Source of the DNA: Promethearchaeota archaeon
Lineage (GTDB): Archaea > Asgardarchaeota > Lokiarchaeia > Sigyniarchaeales > SOKP01
Direction: 5' to 3'
Assembly (NCBI GenBank): GCA_019057795.1
Contig: JAHLWS010000004.1
Location: forward strand, 1 to 29,909
DNA: 29,909 nucleotides
Part shown: positions 27,651-29,909 of the stretch, one piece after another
How positions within the stretch are numbered: the stretch's first letter is position 1
How the letters are laid out: every line of letters starts with the position of its first letter
Notes under the pieces: model-generated
The model's input: the letters and a program-made list of their open reading frames with translations, nothing else
What the model was told of the DNA's origin: nothing
Database searches by the model: none
Made by a program: the position numbers and the translations under genes

Positions 27651-27901
27651 TATTTCTTTTTTTCTCCAAAAAAAAGGTCAAGACCTCTTGGATCAAAATC
27701 TTCAATTTCGAGAAGATAATTTCCTAATTCTTTTCTACTTTCGATAATTTCCCTAAAATAGTTCTTATGGAATCCCCCCATACCAAAAATATTTGAAACT
27801 CGTTTTACAATCGCAAAAATCTTTTCATAACTCTCTGCCTTCCATTTCGCATCAAATTCTTTTCCGTCTGTTGTTCTATATTTTTTAACTTCTTTAACCA
27901 T
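27647..27901 (-). CDS. Small hypothetical protein, virus/plasmid-like
   Basis: KYRTTDGKEFD..AESYE N-terminus; its stop overlaps the MBL stop (TTAA). Confidence 0.6.
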   Translation of the reverse strand: MVKEVKKYRTTDGKEFDAKWKAESYEKIFAIVKRVSNIFGMGGFHKNYFREIIESRKELGNYLLEIEDFDPRGLDLFFGEKKKY

Positions 27902-28104
27902 TTCTACTTCCTTTTTGCATTATTTAAGATTCTACTTCATGCAAAATTATTACCATCATTTTAGTAACTAATTTTTGACTATTTATTCTGGTAATATTAT
28001 AATCTTACCGACATAATTTAAATATTTACAAAAAAAAAAAAGTAAGTTTTAATTTTATCCTCCCCCGTGGTGCTCCCTCCTAAATAAAGTAATATAGAAA
28101 GAAA

Positions 28105-28608
28105 GTGTTAAAAACTATAATAATACATATTATAATGGAGGAATTAAACTTGAAAAAAAAAAATACTAAAAAGTTGGAATTACCAATTTCATCTAAAACA
28201 GGAGAACCATTAAAGCCATTTATAAAACCATGGGGTACATTATTCCTAGGTATCACATTTATTGCCTTAGGATTTTTTAGGTTGTGGAGATATATATCAT
28301 ATCCTTCGGGAACCTTGCTAATTTATACTGACTTTTTACTTTTTATTTTTTTATTAATTGGAGGGTGTATATCTATTTTACGTGCAAAACTAGGCAATAA
28401 ACACGTGCTGGCTCATCAAATAATCGTATTAATAAGCGCTCTCTTTATATTTTTTATGGGATTTGTTTTTTCAATAATCTTTTGGTCAATACCTGGTCTA
28501 TTGGGCATGGTATACGGTACTTTAATCATTATAGTATCTACTTTGGTCTCCCCTATTCTTTGTTTATATTGGATCGTGGAGTTGGAAAAATACAAGGTTA
28601 AAAATTAA
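28105..28608 (+). CDS. 4-TM membrane protein (start probably ATG 28135)
   Basis: Four hydrophobic segments. Confidence 0.8.
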   Translation: MLKTIIIHIIMEELNLKKKNTKKLELPISSKTGEPLKPFIKPWGTLFLGITFIALGFFRLWRYISYPSGTLLIYTDFLLFIFLLIGGCISILRAKLGNKHVLAHQIIVLISALFIFFMGFVFSIIFWSIPGLLGMVYGTLIIIVSTLVSPILCLYWIVELEKYKVKN

Positions 28609-28931
28609 GTCATTAGAAGAGATCGTAGCTACATCATTTATAAATGAAATATTACTAAGTCAGACTAATGCTCAACTTATATTTCTAACCACTTGTTTTG
28701 GAGAGAATATTTATAATTTTACTGAGAATATAGATAAAAACATTATCGGTGGAGGGGCTACAGATCACTCCAATCTTTAAGCTCGTTTGGTACATCTTGT
28801 GTCGTTCTTTTATGTCGGCTCGGCAGATCGAGCATTTTTAAATTGGTATTTTACTTCCAAGAGAATGAAAACCTAAATGCAAAATGCTAAATTTTAGAAT
28901 TTAAAGAAATTAAATCATTAATAACAAAAAT

Positions 28932-29129
28932 TTAATTTTCTTTCTTTCTATTCCTGATAGTAGCCGTCACCATCCAAGTAATAAAAAATACTAATCCAAA
29001 TGATATTGAGAAAATAAGACCCTCTAGTAGATCTCTTTCTAATATTAAAGCTAAAATCAATACAGTAATGATAGCACTTGGAAGACCTAATATTCCAGCC
29101 ATAACAGGGATTTTTTTATTCTTTTTCAT
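28932..29129 (-). CDS. Small 2-TM membrane protein, paralogue of 2483..2698
   Basis: Shares LILERDLLEGLIFSISFGLVF; identical SD region. Confidence 0.85.
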   Translation of the reverse strand: MKKNKKIPVMAGILGLPSAIITVLILALILERDLLEGLIFSISFGLVFFITWMVTATIRNRKKEN

Positions 29130-29184
29130 TTCCTAACCTCCTTTATTTTATGTTTTATAGGAGAAATTTTTGATTTAAGATTAG

Positions 29185-29700
29185 TCATTCAATTTCAAAA
29201 TGAGCAGGGGGTCTCCATTTTCTTTTTTTGCCAATTCTGTACATTATATAACCACCAATTGCATACGAAGATATTAGCATTAGGAGATTAATTCTCCCCC
29301 TTATTACCGCATCGCCAATCAAAATTCGTAAGGGTGCCCAAGGAGCTGCAACAAGTACATAAGAAGTAATAAACCACATGATACCACCGAGACCAAATAT
29401 ACCGAAACTTACTAAGACTATTCCAGTAATGAGCTTCAAGAGTTTAAGATTTCTAATACGTTTAAGAGTATATGTTAAAAGAAAAACTGCTAAGCCTAAG
29501 ATTGTTGAAAAGATAACACGGCCTAAATCGTAAATCCCGACAAAAAATAACCCCCAAGATGATATCATCCATGATCCATAAGCTCCAATATAAACATAAA
29601 CCCAGTTTTTATTAAGATTCTTCCCGAAAATTTTGATTTTTTCTTTCAAGTTCCTTTTATTTGAATTTTCTTTCAATTCATTCACTTTCTTTTTTTTCAT
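29185..29700 (-). CDS. 4-TM membrane protein, paralogue of 2745..3224
   Basis: GGIMWFI..YVL..APWAPLRILIGDAV.RGRI. Confidence 0.88.
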   Translation of the reverse strand: MKKKKVNELKENSNKRNLKEKIKIFGKNLNKNWVYVYIGAYGSWMISSWGLFFVGIYDLGRVIFSTILGLAVFLLTYTLKRIRNLKLLKLITGIVLVSFGIFGLGGIMWFITSYVLVAAPWAPLRILIGDAVIRGRINLLMLISSYAIGGYIMYRIGKKRKWRPPAHFEIE

Positions 29701-29741
29701 TTAAATTAATTTCTATTGGTATTCTGGATACTAGAGCACAC

Positions 29742-29812
29742 TTACAATAAAATTCTATTTTCTTTTTTTCTATTCTTGATAGTAAAAATCACCATCCAAC
29801 CAATAGAAAATA
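29742..29812 (-). pseudogene. 3' remnant of a third small 2-TM paralogue
   Basis: Reads [22 protein letters not shown] vs FFITWMVTATIRNRKKEN* in 28932..29129. Confidence 0.8.
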
Positions 29813-29909
29813 TTCCTTAGTAAAATCTTTCCTGAATTGGGTCTTAATAGTTTTGCAATTAGCTTAAGTGTCGTGGTTTTCCCAGCTCCATTTGGACCTA
29901 TTAATCCAA
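29809..29909 (-). pseudogene. Truncated ABC ATPase fragment identical to 5590-5690
   Basis: 101/101 nt identical, including Walker A; the frame terminates at TAG 29770-29772 after the junction. Confidence 0.9.

Noticed and set aside
2745-29700. Diversity-generating retroelement (TR/VR pair) behind the paralogue mosaics
   Set aside because: The differences are not adenine-specific, both copies are intact genes and no reverse transcriptase is present.

Overview
AT-rich (roughly 27-29% GC by eye) archaeal DNA, most likely Lokiarchaeia (Asgard). The assignment rests on a Loki-CTERM-type tail on a beta-propeller, a 22-residue-repeat LRR protein, a tandem-wHTH regulator, GGTGA/GGAGG Shine-Dalgarno motifs and TATA boxes about 25-30 nt before starts. 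I see no housekeeping genes, tRNA, rRNA, CRISPR array, transposase or complete integrase. The window is an accessory, high-turnover region with five components. (1) Three ABC-2-type exporter operons plus two ATPase stubs. (2) Paralogous small 2-TM and 4-TM membrane genes duplicated at both ends of the window as mosaic direct repeats. (3) A candidate regulon: an 8-bladed surface propeller, a repeat-built polytopic membrane protein and a divergent wHTH, linked by a duplicated upstream element with a GTCTTWWAAGAC palindrome. (4) A toxin-antitoxin graveyard: a YwgA/Panacea-like::UPF0175-like fusion with a PIN stub, an intact PIN pair and a GNAT remnant. (5) Many gene stubs, frameshifts and lost start codons missed by the ORF track. 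All family assignments come from motif recognition; no database searches were run.
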